From Treponema sp. (GTDB lineage Bacteria; Spirochaetota; Spirochaetia; Treponematales; Treponemataceae): a stretch of 64,000 nt of DNA. The DNA lies in the NCBI GenBank assembly GCA_017935745.1, contig JAGBGX010000016.1, forward strand, positions 831-64,830. The letters run 5' to 3'. Below the pieces are notes generated by a model. That model saw nothing but the letters and a program-made list of their open reading frames with translations. It was not told the origin of the DNA and did no database searches. The position numbers were made by a program, and so were the translations under genes. Of this stretch, positions 29,759 to 40,138 are shown piece after piece (position 1 is the stretch's first letter; the number at the start of each line of letters is the position of its first letter).

Positions 29759-29979
29759 TATTGATTATAATACAATTACAGAAAATAGCAAGCAGTTTTT
29801 CAAAAAAAAGCATTATTTTCAAGAAAAAAAAACAGCGGGCTATTTCGGCATGCTTATAATATAAATAATAGAAGAAAAAAAATCGAAAAAAATGTTGTCG
29901 ATTTTCATTATTTTTGGTATCTTTTATTTCAAATAAATTACATTTTAGCCTGAAAAGGCATTTAATAGGAGCAGAAAAA

Positions 29980-31617
29980 ATGGCAAAACAGTTGATTTAC
30001 AGTGAAGAAGCACGCAAAAAGATGCTGAGCGGAGTAGAACAGATTGCCCGCGCAGTAAAAGTGACACTCGGACCATGCGGACGCCTTGTCATGCTTGACA
30101 AAAAGTACGGCGCGCCGACAATCACAAAGGACGGTGTTTCTGTTGCAAAGGAAATCGAACTGAAGGATCCGTTTGAAAACATGGGCGCCCAGCTTGTGCG
30201 CGAAGTCTCTTCAAAGACAAATGATGTTGCCGGAGACGGAACTACGACAGCTACTGTTCTTGCATACGCAATTGTACGCGAAGGACTCAAGGCAGTTTCA
30301 GCAGGCATGACGCCGATTGAAATCAAGCGCGGAATCGACAAGGCGACTGCAATCGCTGTTGAAGAAGTCAAGAAAAACAGCCGCGCAGTAAAAGGCAATG
30401 ATGACATCACCCACGTTGCAACAATTTCCGCCAATAATGATGTGGAAATCGGCAAGATTCTCGCTGATGCAATTGAAAAGGTCGGAAAGGACGGCGTCAT
30501 TACTGTTGAAGAGTCAAAGAACATGGACACAACAGTAAAGATTGTAGAAGGAATGCAGTTTGACCGCGGATACATTTCATCATACTTTGTAAACGACCGC
30601 GAGCGCATGGAAGTGAACTACAGCGATGCATATGTGCTCATTCATGATGAAAAAATCAGCACGATGAAAGACCTTCTGCCGGTTCTTGAAAAAGTTGCCC
30701 AGACAGGAAAGCCGCTTGTCATCATTGCGGAAGATCTGGACGGAGAGGCGCTTGCCACGCTCGTAGTAAACAGCATCCGCGGAACGCTCAAGTGCTGCGC
30801 AGTAAAGGCTCCTGGATTCGGAGACAGAAGGAAGGAAATGCTTCAGGATATCGCAATCCTGACCGGCGGAAAAGTCATTACAAAGGATCTGGGACTTAAG
30901 CTTGAGTCAGCGGACATCTCTGACCTTGGACAGGTGAAGTCAGTAAAGATTGACAAGGACAACACAACGCTTGTTGACGGTGCCGGAGACAAAAAAAGCA
31001 TTTCAGACCGCATTGCTGAAATCAAGAATCAGATTGAAAAATCTACAAGCGACTACGACAAGGAAAAGCTCAAGGAGCGCCTTGCAAAGCTTTCAGGCGG
31101 CGTTGCTGTAATCAACATCGGCGCAATCACCGAAACAGAGATGAAGGAAAAGAAATTCCGCGTGGAAGACACACTTGCCGCTACCCGTGCTGCCCTGGAG
31201 GAAGGAATTGTCTGCGGCGGCGGAATTGCGCTCATTGAAGCAAGCAAAGTCCTTGACGCAGCCAAAGAGAACCTTACAGGAGATGAAAAGGTCGGATTCC
31301 AGATTATAAAGCGCGCGCTTGAAGAGCCGATCCGCCAGATTGCAGAAAATGCCGGTGTTGACGGCGCAGTCGTGGCAGACAAGGCAAAGAATGAAAAGAA
31401 AGGCATCGGATTCAATGCCGCAACTCAGGAATGGGTGAACATGATGGATGCAGGAATCATTGATCCGGCCAAGGTTGCGCGCTGCGCTTTGCAGAACGCA
31501 GCTTCTGTGGCGGGAATGCTCCTCACAACAGAATGCGCTATTACTGACATTCCAGAGCCTCCTGCTCCGGCCGCAGCACCTCAGCCGGGAATGGATGGAA
31601 TGGGCGGAATGTACTAG
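29980..31617 (+). CDS. groL: Chaperonin GroEL
   Basis: [42 protein letters not shown] tail. Confidence 0.99.
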   Translation: MAKQLIYSEEARKKMLSGVEQIARAVKVTLGPCGRLVMLDKKYGAPTITKDGVSVAKEIELKDPFENMGAQLVREVSSKTNDVAGDGTTTATVLAYAIVREGLKAVSAGMTPIEIKRGIDKATAIAVEEVKKNSRAVKGNDDITHVATISANNDVEIGKILADAIEKVGKDGVITVEESKNMDTTVKIVEGMQFDRGYISSYFVNDRERMEVNYSDAYVLIHDEKISTMKDLLPVLEKVAQTGKPLVIIAEDLDGEALATLVVNSIRGTLKCCAVKAPGFGDRRKEMLQDIAILTGGKVITKDLGLKLESADISDLGQVKSVKIDKDNTTLVDGAGDKKSISDRIAEIKNQIEKSTSDYDKEKLKERLAKLSGGVAVINIGAITETEMKEKKFRVEDTLAATRAALEEGIVCGGGIALIEASKVLDAAKENLTGDEKVGFQIIKRALEEPIRQIAENAGVDGAVVADKAKNEKKGIGFNAATQEWVNMMDAGIIDPAKVARCALQNAASVAGMLLTTECAITDIPEPPAPAAAPQPGMDGMGGMY

Positions 31618-31659
31618 CCAAAAGCCCCGGCGGCAGTCTCCGGGCTGCATGCAGGAAGC

Positions 31660-31696
31660 AAAAAGCCGCTTTCCATTACGGAAAGCGGCTTTTTTT
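31660..31696 (+). terminator. Intrinsic (bidirectional) terminator after groEL
   Basis: AAAAAGCCGCTTTCC-ATTAC-GGAAAGCGGCTTTTTTT. Confidence 0.9.
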
Positions 31697-31768
31697 CTGT
31701 AAAAAAGCGAACACTGCGGGCGCAAAAAAAACGCACACGCAAAAACCGCCGGAAATCCGGCAGCAGCC

Positions 31769-34111
31769 TTATTCTATACGCGCATTGACAGCCTTTTCCA
31801 TTGTAATCGGCTTTCCGGCGGCAGTCAGATTTTTTCCGGCGGCCTGAGCCAGCCCGTTCACGGTTCTGTATTCAACCTTGCAAAAGCGGTCTATGTCAAT
31901 CTTTGCAGGCTTTTCGCACGGCTCGCTTCCTTCAAGGACAACCTGGGTTCCCGGCGCAGCCCACGGCGCAGTCAGAAGCTCCACCCGCTCACTTCCGCCT
32001 TCAGTATAATCAGCGGCAAGAAGCATTCCACGGCTTTCAACGCCCTTCATTTTGCGCGGCGCAAGGTTCGCGGCGATGATAACGTGCTTTCCGAGAAGCT
32101 CTTCTTCCTTCAGGTACGGACGAAGCCCGGACTGGATAATGCGCTCGGTTCCGCTTCCGTCGTCAAGATGCTCTATATACAGCTTGTCGCCCTGAGGATT
32201 CGTTTCCACGCTCACGATTTTTGCAACCTTCAGCTCAATGTACCTGTTGAAATGCTCAGCCTGATTTTCCGCAAAATTTGTGCCGCCATCCTGCTTTGGC
32301 ACGCTCTTTTTTGCATCCGGCTTTGCGGCCTTGGCTCCAGCCTCTGCCGCCTGAGCTTTCTGCACGCTATGGCTCTTTGAATCCGGCTGCATAAGGATTT
32401 CCAAGTCAATTTCGCCGGCAACGCACGGAACGCCAATCTGCCAGTTTTCCAGAACCTGCGGATGAATTTCACCAAAGATGCCGGCTTGCCTTCCGTTCAC
32501 CATGATTCCCGCCTGACGCCCCGGAATAAAGCGCGGGTCGCTTGTCTCCTGGACAGTATACTCATGATCAAGGTAATACAAAATCGTGCTGACTTCGCTT
32601 GCGGCCCCGTTGAAATTTGCGCTGCTGGACGCGGTAAGGAAGCCGAGGCTTTGAACTGTCCTTGTGCCGGAATTTTCAGCTTCATCAATAAAGGCAATCT
32701 TCCCGATTTCAAAAATTTTATGCGGATACACGGCATTTGCGCTCTGGGCTTCAGCTTCAAACAGCGATGCAATAATTGACGGACGGACAAACTGATAGTT
32801 TTCGCTCATCGGATTTGCTATTTCAATAACCTTGCTGCCGTCTGTTCCCATGTTGTCAATGTACGTTTTGCGGGAGCCGAGGTAATTGAAAATCATTTCC
32901 TGATAGCCGATTCCCGTCATGATGTCCTTTACCTTGCGGCTGTACCTTGTGAGAGGAAGCAGACGTCCGATGGTGAAGTCGCCGGGCTTTTCAGGCGCAA
33001 AGAATTCAAGCCCTTTTCCGATCATCACGTCTTCAATCACATCGACTTCGTGCAGAAAATCATTGCGGTACGGAGCCGGGGTGAGCGTAAACACAGTGTC
33101 GGCTCCGTCCTTCCGCGAGGAAACGCTGCTTCCCATGCGGCTCAGGGCATCCTTCACCTCTTCTTCGCCAAGGCTGCATCCGAGCTTTTTGTTTACCGCT
33201 GAAAGCCGGGCTTCTGTGGAAGGCTGAAAATAATACGGAACAGTCACATCATTCCCGAACCCGGTGTCATACTCGTGATGAATTTTCACCGGGAGAATCG
33301 CATACCCGGCGTCAGCAAAATCGCAGGCAACGATATTTGCCGCAAGCATAAGATCCTTCATGTCGGAGCCGGTAAGCTCAACCATCAGCTCTGTGTCGCC
33401 CACTTCAATCTGGCCGAGCGTTGCGCTGTTGATTATCGGGCTCATGCTCATAATTTCGCCTGAATCATCCTGCAAGACAGGATACTTGTCAAAATCCTTC
33501 AGAATCCAGCCGTATTCCTTTCCTTTCGGATGGCTTTCAACAATCTGGCGGCACGTAAGCTTTTCCCCGCCCTGAAGCGGCACAAAGCTCACCGCGTCAG
33601 GATCCGCCGCCACAAAATGGACGGGCCACCTGATGCTGGCGGCACGGTACACGCCCATAGACAGAGCCTTGCGCTTGCGCCCGAAGTTCCAGGCGAGCTT
33701 TTCCTGCGTCTGCATGATGTCAATGAGCATTTCATTTGTAACAGGCTTTCCGCTGATAACAAACGCCACCATAAACGGCCGGATATCTTTCAGGGCGGCA
33801 TCCACAATGGCAAGCCTGTTTCCGGCATTCTGTATGTTTCCGGCTGACGACATGAACGAGCTGTAGTCGGAATGCGGAGCGCCTTCATGCTCGCGCAGAC
33901 ACCGGGCAACACCGCCGCAAGACCACAGGTCAGGCCTGTTTGTGTCGTTCAGCTCGATTTTTATGACACGCTCATTTTCCGGCGCGGAACCGTCCGGCTT
34001 TTCATCAAGCTCCGCCTTTGCAGACGTGAGTTTTTTTTCAAGCGTGTCCCAGTCATATTTTGTTCCAAGCAGATTGAAAAAGAGCTTTTCGTTTACTTCG
34101 ATTTTGGGCAT
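31769..34111 (-). CDS. pheT: Phenylalanyl-tRNA synthetase beta subunit (archaeal/spirochaete type) with C-terminal tRNA-binding OB domain
   Basis: IELNDTNRPDLWS, QTQEKL, PYRNDFLHEVDVIEDV, RPSIIASL; after an Ala/Lys linker, ELKVAKIVSVE...ANLAPRKMKGVESRGMLLA (EMAP/Trbp111 type). Confidence 0.95.
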   Translation of the reverse strand: MPKIEVNEKLFFNLLGTKYDWDTLEKKLTSAKAELDEKPDGSAPENERVIKIELNDTNRPDLWSCGGVARCLREHEGAPHSDYSSFMSSAGNIQNAGNRLAIVDAALKDIRPFMVAFVISGKPVTNEMLIDIMQTQEKLAWNFGRKRKALSMGVYRAASIRWPVHFVAADPDAVSFVPLQGGEKLTCRQIVESHPKGKEYGWILKDFDKYPVLQDDSGEIMSMSPIINSATLGQIEVGDTELMVELTGSDMKDLMLAANIVACDFADAGYAILPVKIHHEYDTGFGNDVTVPYYFQPSTEARLSAVNKKLGCSLGEEEVKDALSRMGSSVSSRKDGADTVFTLTPAPYRNDFLHEVDVIEDVMIGKGLEFFAPEKPGDFTIGRLLPLTRYSRKVKDIMTGIGYQEMIFNYLGSRKTYIDNMGTDGSKVIEIANPMSENYQFVRPSIIASLFEAEAQSANAVYPHKIFEIGKIAFIDEAENSGTRTVQSLGFLTASSSANFNGAASEVSTILYYLDHEYTVQETSDPRFIPGRQAGIMVNGRQAGIFGEIHPQVLENWQIGVPCVAGEIDLEILMQPDSKSHSVQKAQAAEAGAKAAKPDAKKSVPKQDGGTNFAENQAEHFNRYIELKVAKIVSVETNPQGDKLYIEHLDDGSGTERIIQSGLRPYLKEEELLGKHVIIAANLAPRKMKGVESRGMLLAADYTEGGSERVELLTAPWAAPGTQVVLEGSEPCEKPAKIDIDRFCKVEYRTVNGLAQAAGKNLTAAGKPITMEKAVNARIE

Positions 34112-34282
34112 GATTTCCTCTGGTTATATTATAGTAAAAATTGTGATGATTCTTACAGTATACCGAAACGAATGCAAAACTTCAATCGCAAAAAAAAGCG
34201 GGAAAAAGCGAATGATGAATAAAAGCCCGGAGACACGGAAGCAATGTTCAAGGAGCGTTTTTTGTGGTCGTCAACACTTGGT

Positions 34283-35209
34283 TTACATCGTACGGTCATC
34301 AATACTTTGCGTAGCGGCAATGCTGTTGATGATAACCTTGAATTCGTCTGCTCTACGTTCGTAACGTAAAGATTGATTGTTAACTTTATCATTAGAGACC
34401 ATATCATTTAGCCCATATAAACTTTCGTTATACAAGGCTAACTCGATGACTTTCTTTAACACTGCCGAATCAGTGTTGGTCATACCAGCAATGTTGTTTA
34501 ACGATTTGTTCATAATCGCTTTGGCTTTGTCCACGGTTAGTTCATTGTAACTAAGGTTAGCCATAGCCAACTCGGAGACATAAGTATTTTCGGGTAAGTC
34601 CTTCATGTCTCTATTGGCTTGCAACGCTAGAGAACCCTTACCCATTCCCAGCGATTCATTGTAGGCATTATGTGCCAGTTTGTAATAACTGGCTACATAG
34701 GCGTGATAATCTTCGGTAGTATAATTACTTAAAAGAACGTTTTCCATTTTATCGAAAAGGGGGGCAAAGGCGTAGTAATTGGCGTTAATATTATCGGCAA
34801 TGTTTTGTTCGCTGTTGTATTTTTGTAACACCGTGTCAATCATTTTGTAATAATTATTGTCGGTTTGCCCAGTAACCGCCGTTTGTAATTCAGTAACTTT
34901 TTGGCGCATAAATTTTTGAGCCATGGTGTAGGCATCGGTAAATTTTTGATTCTTAACCGCTTGTTCTTCGTAATACCACTCAGTATCTTCGGCAACAAAT
35001 TTTTGACCACCCAATTCTTCGTCGATGTAGTATGCGGGGTATTGATCGGGGTTAACGGGGTTGGTCGGTTCGGTGGGGTCAATGCCGGGGTTAACGGGAT
35101 TGGTGGGTTCTTCGTAGTAATTGTCGTTACTCGTGCTGCTTCCGACGGAACACCCTGTGAGAACCACCGCTGTTGTAATAACAGCTGAAATTTTTACAAT
35201 TTTTTTCAT
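34283..35209 (-). CDS. AT-rich lipoprotein with Pro/Asn tether
   Basis: MKKIVKISAVITTAVVLTG-C; EPTNPVNP twice; GGAGG RBS at 35215-35219. Confidence 0.85.
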   Translation of the reverse strand: MKKIVKISAVITTAVVLTGCSVGSSTSNDNYYEEPTNPVNPGIDPTEPTNPVNPDQYPAYYIDEELGGQKFVAEDTEWYYEEQAVKNQKFTDAYTMAQKFMRQKVTELQTAVTGQTDNNYYKMIDTVLQKYNSEQNIADNINANYYAFAPLFDKMENVLLSNYTTEDYHAYVASYYKLAHNAYNESLGMGKGSLALQANRDMKDLPENTYVSELAMANLSYNELTVDKAKAIMNKSLNNIAGMTNTDSAVLKKVIELALYNESLYGLNDMVSNDKVNNQSLRYERRADEFKVIINSIAATQSIDDRTM

Positions 35210-35225
35210 GTAATCCTCCACATAA

Positions 35226-35275
35226 GAAAAAGTTGAAACCAGATTACCCCCCCCCGCCATTTTGTCAAGCATTTT
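35226..35275 (-). promoter_or_regulatory. Poly-G promoter block, copy A
   Basis: TTGACA-AAATGGC-G9-TAATCT (spacer 16); 36 bp (35240-35275) identical to 38441-38476. Confidence 0.8.
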
Positions 35276-35330
35276 CTGTATTTTTTCAGGTATATATGAA
35301 GTGAAGAGGAAAAAACAACAGCATATACAT

Positions 35331-36224
35331 ATGGAAACAAAAGCATCTGCCGCTCCCTGCCCGCTCACGCTCGAAGAAAAATGGGAGCGGGCAACACTCG
35401 CGGACAACTTCATCTTCTATAAGATCATGTCGGAAAATCCCGGCGTCTGCAAGGAGCTTCTGGAGATCCTGCTTGGAATCGAAATTGACCGCCTCGAAAA
35501 ACCTATCGCAGAAAAGAATGCCAAGGTTGACTACGACTCGAAAGGTATCCGCTTCGATGTGTACACCAAGGGCGGAGGACGCTGCTTCGATATCGAAATG
35601 CAGACAGCCGGCCGCCAGAACCTCGCAAAGCGGGCGCGCTACTACCAGGGGCTGATGGACGTGGACACGCTGAAGGCAGGCGAAGCGTACAGCGCGCTCA
35701 AGGACAGCTACGTCATCTTCCTGTGCATGGGCGACTTTATCGGGAGCGGGCTTCCCGTCAGCACGTTCGAGAACATCTGCCGCGAAGACAAAGGCATCGC
35801 GCTCAACGACCGCGCCTACAAAGTCTTTTTCAACGCGGAGAAATATGATACAATGGCAGACAGGGAACAGAAATCATTCTTTAAATTTCTGCGTTGCGGC
35901 GCGTCCGAATCGGCGTTCACAAAAAAGCTTGATGCCATGGTGGAGCGGGCAAAACACAACGCACAGTGGAGGCATCAGTTTATGACATGGAGCATAGCAA
36001 TGCAAGATGCGGTAGATGCCGCAGTTGAAGAGGCGGTGGAGATTGCCGTTGAGCAGGAGCGCGCGCGGAGCCTGCAAGAGGGCGCGCAGCAGAAAGCATT
36101 CGAGACCGCGCGGAAAATGCTGGAAACAAACATCGGCACCATGGAACAGATTGCCGATATTGCCGGACTTCCCCTTGAGCAGGTGGAGCAGCTCCAGCAG
36201 GAACTGTGCGCTGCGGAAAAATAA
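35331..36224 (+). CDS. Rpn-family recombination-promoting nuclease / putative transposase (PD-(D/E)XK type)
   Basis: DNFIFYKIM, GIRFDVYT...FDIEMQ, KRARYYQGLMD, SYVIFLC, variable helical C-terminal tail. Confidence 0.92.
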   Translation: METKASAAPCPLTLEEKWERATLADNFIFYKIMSENPGVCKELLEILLGIEIDRLEKPIAEKNAKVDYDSKGIRFDVYTKGGGRCFDIEMQTAGRQNLAKRARYYQGLMDVDTLKAGEAYSALKDSYVIFLCMGDFIGSGLPVSTFENICREDKGIALNDRAYKVFFNAEKYDTMADREQKSFFKFLRCGASESAFTKKLDAMVERAKHNAQWRHQFMTWSIAMQDAVDAAVEEAVEIAVEQERARSLQEGAQQKAFETARKMLETNIGTMEQIADIAGLPLEQVEQLQQELCAAEK

Positions 36225-36284
36225 CAGCTTTATTTGCCAGGAATCAGCCTTTTTTTACCTGGCGTTTTGTGCTATACTTCCTGC

Positions 36285-37115
36285 ATGGAAAAAACGATTC
36301 TCATCGCAGGAAAAAACATGCCGGATGCCGGGACGTTCACAGACGGAATTTCAGTTTCGGGCAGGAATATTATTGTAACCGGGCCGCAAAACAGAACTGA
36401 CGAGCCGCCAAAGAAGCTTACAATTGCCGAGCGCAAGTCAAATCAGGCGGCGTATGAAGAGGAAAAAAATCAGGAGGCAAAATCAGGGCTTTGCACAATC
36501 GAATGGAACAAGTCTTCTCCGCTTTCCGCACGCTCGCTCGTTTTGCAGACAATCACGATTTTCGGGCGGATGGACGAAGCCGTGCTTTTCTTTGACGAGG
36601 AATGGTTCGCTTCCCGGGCTGAAAAAATGGACAGCGAGGAAATTTCCCGCGGCTGCGATGAAATGATTGCAGGCTATCAGTATCTTGCAGTAGAAATCAT
36701 TTCAACATTCCAGAAAAAAGACGCATCGGAAGCTCCCGGCACGCTCGTCTTCCTGCTCAAGGAAACTCCTTCCCGGGCTGATGTTCTGCATGACTCCACG
36801 CTGAACAACGGGCTGCGCTCAATTGCATCTCCGCTCGTGTCTGCCGGTGCCGCAGCATTTGTGTCTTTTGCCGAAAATCTTGCGGCCGTCTGCGCAGACT
36901 CCGCCTTTGTAAATGTAGTGCTCGTGCGCGACTCAAGCGCAGCAGAAGGATACCGCCGCGATGATGAGACAGGAAGATGGCTGTGCACGTACCTGAACAG
37001 CCTGGAGGACGGAACGCAAAAGCCGGGAAAGAAAACGGTGCAATGGATACGCCCCGGTGTAAAGCAGCCGTCTTCAGGCGGATTCAAATTCTTTAAAAGG
37101 CAAGCCCGCTCATGA
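36285..37115 (+). CDS. Hypothetical protein (Rossmann-like, SDR-derived?)
   Basis: Long ORF with core-like codon usage, coupled to the MgtC-family gene by an ATGA overlap. Confidence 0.7.
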   Translation: MEKTILIAGKNMPDAGTFTDGISVSGRNIIVTGPQNRTDEPPKKLTIAERKSNQAAYEEEKNQEAKSGLCTIEWNKSSPLSARSLVLQTITIFGRMDEAVLFFDEEWFASRAEKMDSEEISRGCDEMIAGYQYLAVEIISTFQKKDASEAPGTLVFLLKETPSRADVLHDSTLNNGLRSIASPLVSAGAAAFVSFAENLAAVCADSAFVNVVLVRDSSAAEGYRRDDETGRWLCTYLNSLEDGTQKPGKKTVQWIRPGVKQPSSGGFKFFKRQARS

Positions 37116-37777
37116 CGGAAGCCGGTTTTCTTTTTGAGAGCATTATAAAGATTCTTGCAGGAGCATTGTGCGGCGCGCTTCTCGGATTCGAGCGGAAAAG
37201 CCACAACCGGGCCATCGGAATGCGCACGCTGATTCTTATATGCGTTTCCTCAACGCTGCTTTCCGAGCTTTCAGTCTGGATGGCTTTGGCAGGAAGAGGA
37301 GATCCTGCGCGGATTGCGGCGGGCGTAATCAGCGGAATCGGGTTCCTTGGCGGCGGCGCGATCATGAAGCAGGGCATGAACATCAAGGGGCTTACTTCGG
37401 CTGCCATAATCTGGACCGCGGCATCATTCGGGCTTGCGATTGGAGCCGGGCTGTACGTGCAGGTCGGAATCGCGCTCGCGCTCACGCTGTTCCTGCTGAT
37501 TTTTCTGGAGCGGGTCGAAGCGAAATGGTTTCCGGCGCAGAAGAACAAGACGCTTCAGCTCTGCTTTGCAAATGAACCGCCCGACATGAAAAAGCTCAAG
37601 GAAGCAGTCCAGGCGCACGGCCTGATTATCATCGACATGAACGTGAGCCGCATCATTTCTGAAAGGCAGACTGTCATCCGCTATCTGGTGAAAGTTCCCA
37701 AGGAAGACGACTTTTCAACGCTTATTGAATCCCTGAAGGCAATCGGAACCCTCAGCGAATTTTCAATCGCGGACTGA
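37112..37777 (+). CDS. MgtC/SapB family membrane protein
   Basis: GALLGFER...AIGMRTLIL, DPARIAAGVISGIGFLGGGAI, GLTSAAIIW. Confidence 0.93.
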   Translation: MTEAGFLFESIIKILAGALCGALLGFERKSHNRAIGMRTLILICVSSTLLSELSVWMALAGRGDPARIAAGVISGIGFLGGGAIMKQGMNIKGLTSAAIIWTAASFGLAIGAGLYVQVGIALALTLFLLIFLERVEAKWFPAQKNKTLQLCFANEPPDMKKLKEAVQAHGLIIIDMNVSRIISERQTVIRYLVKVPKEDDFSTLIESLKAIGTLSEFSIAD

Positions 37778-37878
37778 ACACCTCTGAAAAGACAGCAAAA
37801 AGAAGCTCCTCCTGCGATACAGTAATCTGCATCATAAAAGGAGCTTCAGGAGGCTTGTGCCGCTTGAGACAAAAGCGG

Positions 37879-38406
37879 TTATCTGGTGAACTTCAAGTCA
37901 AAGGTTAATAAACGATAGTCCGTGCTGTTCTTCTTAACAGGAACAGTGCCTTTCATAGTAAAAGTGCTGCTTTCTGGATTTGTCATTTCAATTTTATTTG
38001 AAGCCGCAACCGTACCCCAGTAATAGGCATCTTTATACTTTATTATATCACTACTAAATGTTATTGATTCCTTTCCCATCGGAATATTTGAATCACCACT
38101 CCACGAAGCTTCAAATTTATATTTCTTCTCATTTGTCTGATTATAAGCTGAAACTTCCCAAGAAATCTGGCCTGCATCCACAGCACACAAAACAGTCCTC
38201 GCATCTTCTGCTGCTATGATTTTTCTTGTGTTCTTGTTCTCCTCAGCTTCAATATAGCTGACATCTCCTTCCGCTGTAAGCCTATAACTATAACTCCTGT
38301 CTGTGGTAGTCGTATCGACATCACCATCGATTTCCACTTCCTTCTGGCAAGATGCAAGCATCATCACCGACACAATGCCCGCGAGGGCAACCATTGCTTT
38401 TTTCAT
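37879..38406 (-). CDS. AT-rich lipoprotein
   Basis: MKKAMVALAGIVSVMMLAS-C lipobox. Confidence 0.85.
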   Translation of the reverse strand: MKKAMVALAGIVSVMMLASCQKEVEIDGDVDTTTTDRSYSYRLTAEGDVSYIEAEENKNTRKIIAAEDARTVLCAVDAGQISWEVSAYNQTNEKKYKFEASWSGDSNIPMGKESITFSSDIIKYKDAYYWGTVAASNKIEMTNPESSTFTMKGTVPVKKNSTDYRLLTFDLKFTR

Positions 38407-38426
38407 ACGTTTTCTCCTTAAAAGTA

Positions 38427-38476
38427 TAAAAATCTGAAATCAGATTACCCCCCCCCGCCATTTTGTCAAGCATTTT
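38427..38476 (-). promoter_or_regulatory. Poly-G promoter block, copy B
   Basis: TTGACA-AAATGGC-G9-TAATCT; C9 at 38448-38456; direct repeat of copy A. Confidence 0.8.
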
Positions 38477-38656
38477 TTCAGATAAAAATATTTTTTTATT
38501 ATGAAAATTTTCTGTTGAAGAAACTGCGGCAAACATATATTATTGAAAGAAAGCGGCGCTGATTTGCGCGGAGAGCCATATCCGCCTTCCGGCTGAAATA
38601 TACAATTGCAAGGAACGCACTGCGTTACAATCCGTCTATTTTTCAGGAAGTGAAAG

Positions 38657-40138
38657 ATGCTCAATATACATAACAACACATCCAACATCAAAAGGGAAAT
38701 CCTTGTGCGCATTGCGCGGCTCCAGCTTCAGGGAAAGCTTGAAGAAGGCGTCCACTTTATTCCGCGGGAAATGGCTCCGCGCGACAAGCCTCCGCTGCGC
38801 TGCTGCATCTTCCATGACCGGGAAATTCTGCGGATGCGCGTTGTTGCGGGCATGGGAATTTCCGTGGAAAACATAGACGAAGAGGCAACCTTAGGCTCCT
38901 TTGCACGGCAGGCTGTCAGCCGCGAAAAGCCGACATGGCCCATGCTCACCGTTCTCGATGAAGCGTGCAACGGCTGCGTCAAGGCGCACTTCATGGTTAC
39001 AAACGCATGCCAAGGCTGCTATGCGCGCCCCTGCATGATAAACTGCCCCAAAAAGGCGATAACTGTTGACCGCCGCGCAGCAATCGATGAAAAGCTCTGC
39101 ATAAACTGCGGCAAGTGCATGGAAAACTGCCCGTATCACGCCATCATAAAAATTCCTGTTCCCTGCGAGGAAGCATGCCCGGTAGGTGCAATTTCAAAGG
39201 ACGAAAAGGGGCACGAAAAAATCGACTACCACAAGTGCATTTTCTGCGGAAACTGCATGAGAAGCTGTCCGTTCGGTGCCATGATGGACAAAAGCCAGCT
39301 TGTCGATGTCATAAAGCACATCATGGACTGCAAAAAAGTCGTGGCACTGTATGCGCCGGCAATCGCATCCCAGTTCGCAGTCACTCCGGGGCAGCTTGAG
39401 TCTTCGCTTGTGGCAGCCGGATTCAGCCGGGTGTGGGAAGTTGCGGTCGGAGCCGACATCTGCGCAGACAACGAAGCACGGGAATTTGAAGAGCGCATGG
39501 CGCGCGGCGACAAAATGATGACGACTTCCTGCTGCTCCGCGTATGTGCGGGCAGTGCACAAGCATGTTCCTGCGCTGCGGGAATGCGTCTCTGAGACAAG
39601 AAGCCCCATGCACTACACCGCCGAAATCGCCAAGAAAGCAGATCCCGGCTGCATCACGGTCTTTATCGGGCCGTGCCTTGCAAAAAAGCGGGAAGGCCTT
39701 GATGATGATCTTGTTGATTATGTTCTGACAGCGGAAGAAATTTCAGCGTTCTTTGAAGCACGGGAAATTGACCCGGCACAGATGGACAGGCGCCATGAGT
39801 CAATCATTCCGACTGCAAGCGGGCGGAATTTCGCAAAGTCAGGCGGCGTGCTTGACGCAGTGGCACTGAGGCTCACAGACAAGTCTATCCTGCGTCCGGC
39901 AAAAATCAACGGGCTGAGCAAGGCCGGAATGAAAATGCTGAATGCCTACGGCATGATTAACGCCGGGAAAATTCCTGCCAAGCCGGACACTCCGAACCTG
40001 ATTGAAGTCATGTCGTGCGAAGGCGGCTGCATTGCAGGCCCTTCCGTTGTGTCGGCAGTAAAGCAGGCTGAAATTCAGCTTGAAAAATACGTTCAGGAAG
40101 GCTCAGCAAACACAATCGGAGCAAAATCCGCTGACTAA
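38657..40138 (+). CDS. Monomeric [FeFe] hydrogenase (group B-like) with 2x[4Fe-4S] domains
   Basis: H-cluster motifs TSCCSAY, GPCLAKKREG, EVMSCEGGCIAGP; ferredoxin CxxCxxCxxxCP motifs. Confidence 0.92.
   Translation: MLNIHNNTSNIKREILVRIARLQLQGKLEEGVHFIPREMAPRDKPPLRCCIFHDREILRMRVVAGMGISVENIDEEATLGSFARQAVSREKPTWPMLTVLDEACNGCVKAHFMVTNACQGCYARPCMINCPKKAITVDRRAAIDEKLCINCGKCMENCPYHAIIKIPVPCEEACPVGAISKDEKGHEKIDYHKCIFCGNCMRSCPFGAMMDKSQLVDVIKHIMDCKKVVALYAPAIASQFAVTPGQLESSLVAAGFSRVWEVAVGADICADNEAREFEERMARGDKMMTTSCCSAYVRAVHKHVPALRECVSETRSPMHYTAEIAKKADPGCITVFIGPCLAKKREGLDDDLVDYVLTAEEISAFFEAREIDPAQMDRRHESIIPTASGRNFAKSGGVLDAVALRLTDKSILRPAKINGLSKAGMKMLNAYGMINAGKIPAKPDTPNLIEVMSCEGGCIAGPSVVSAVKQAEIQLEKYVQEGSANTIGAKSAD

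Noticed and set aside
29622-31617. groEL without groES or a CIRCE element
   Set aside because: Separation of groEL and groES is known in treponemes, and no TTAGCACTC-N9-GAGTGCTAA is present. Ordinary.
34759-34764. G6 run (plus strand) within the 34283-35209 lipoprotein
   Set aside because: The frame is intact, it is C6 on the coding strand, and it lacks the context of the other tracts.
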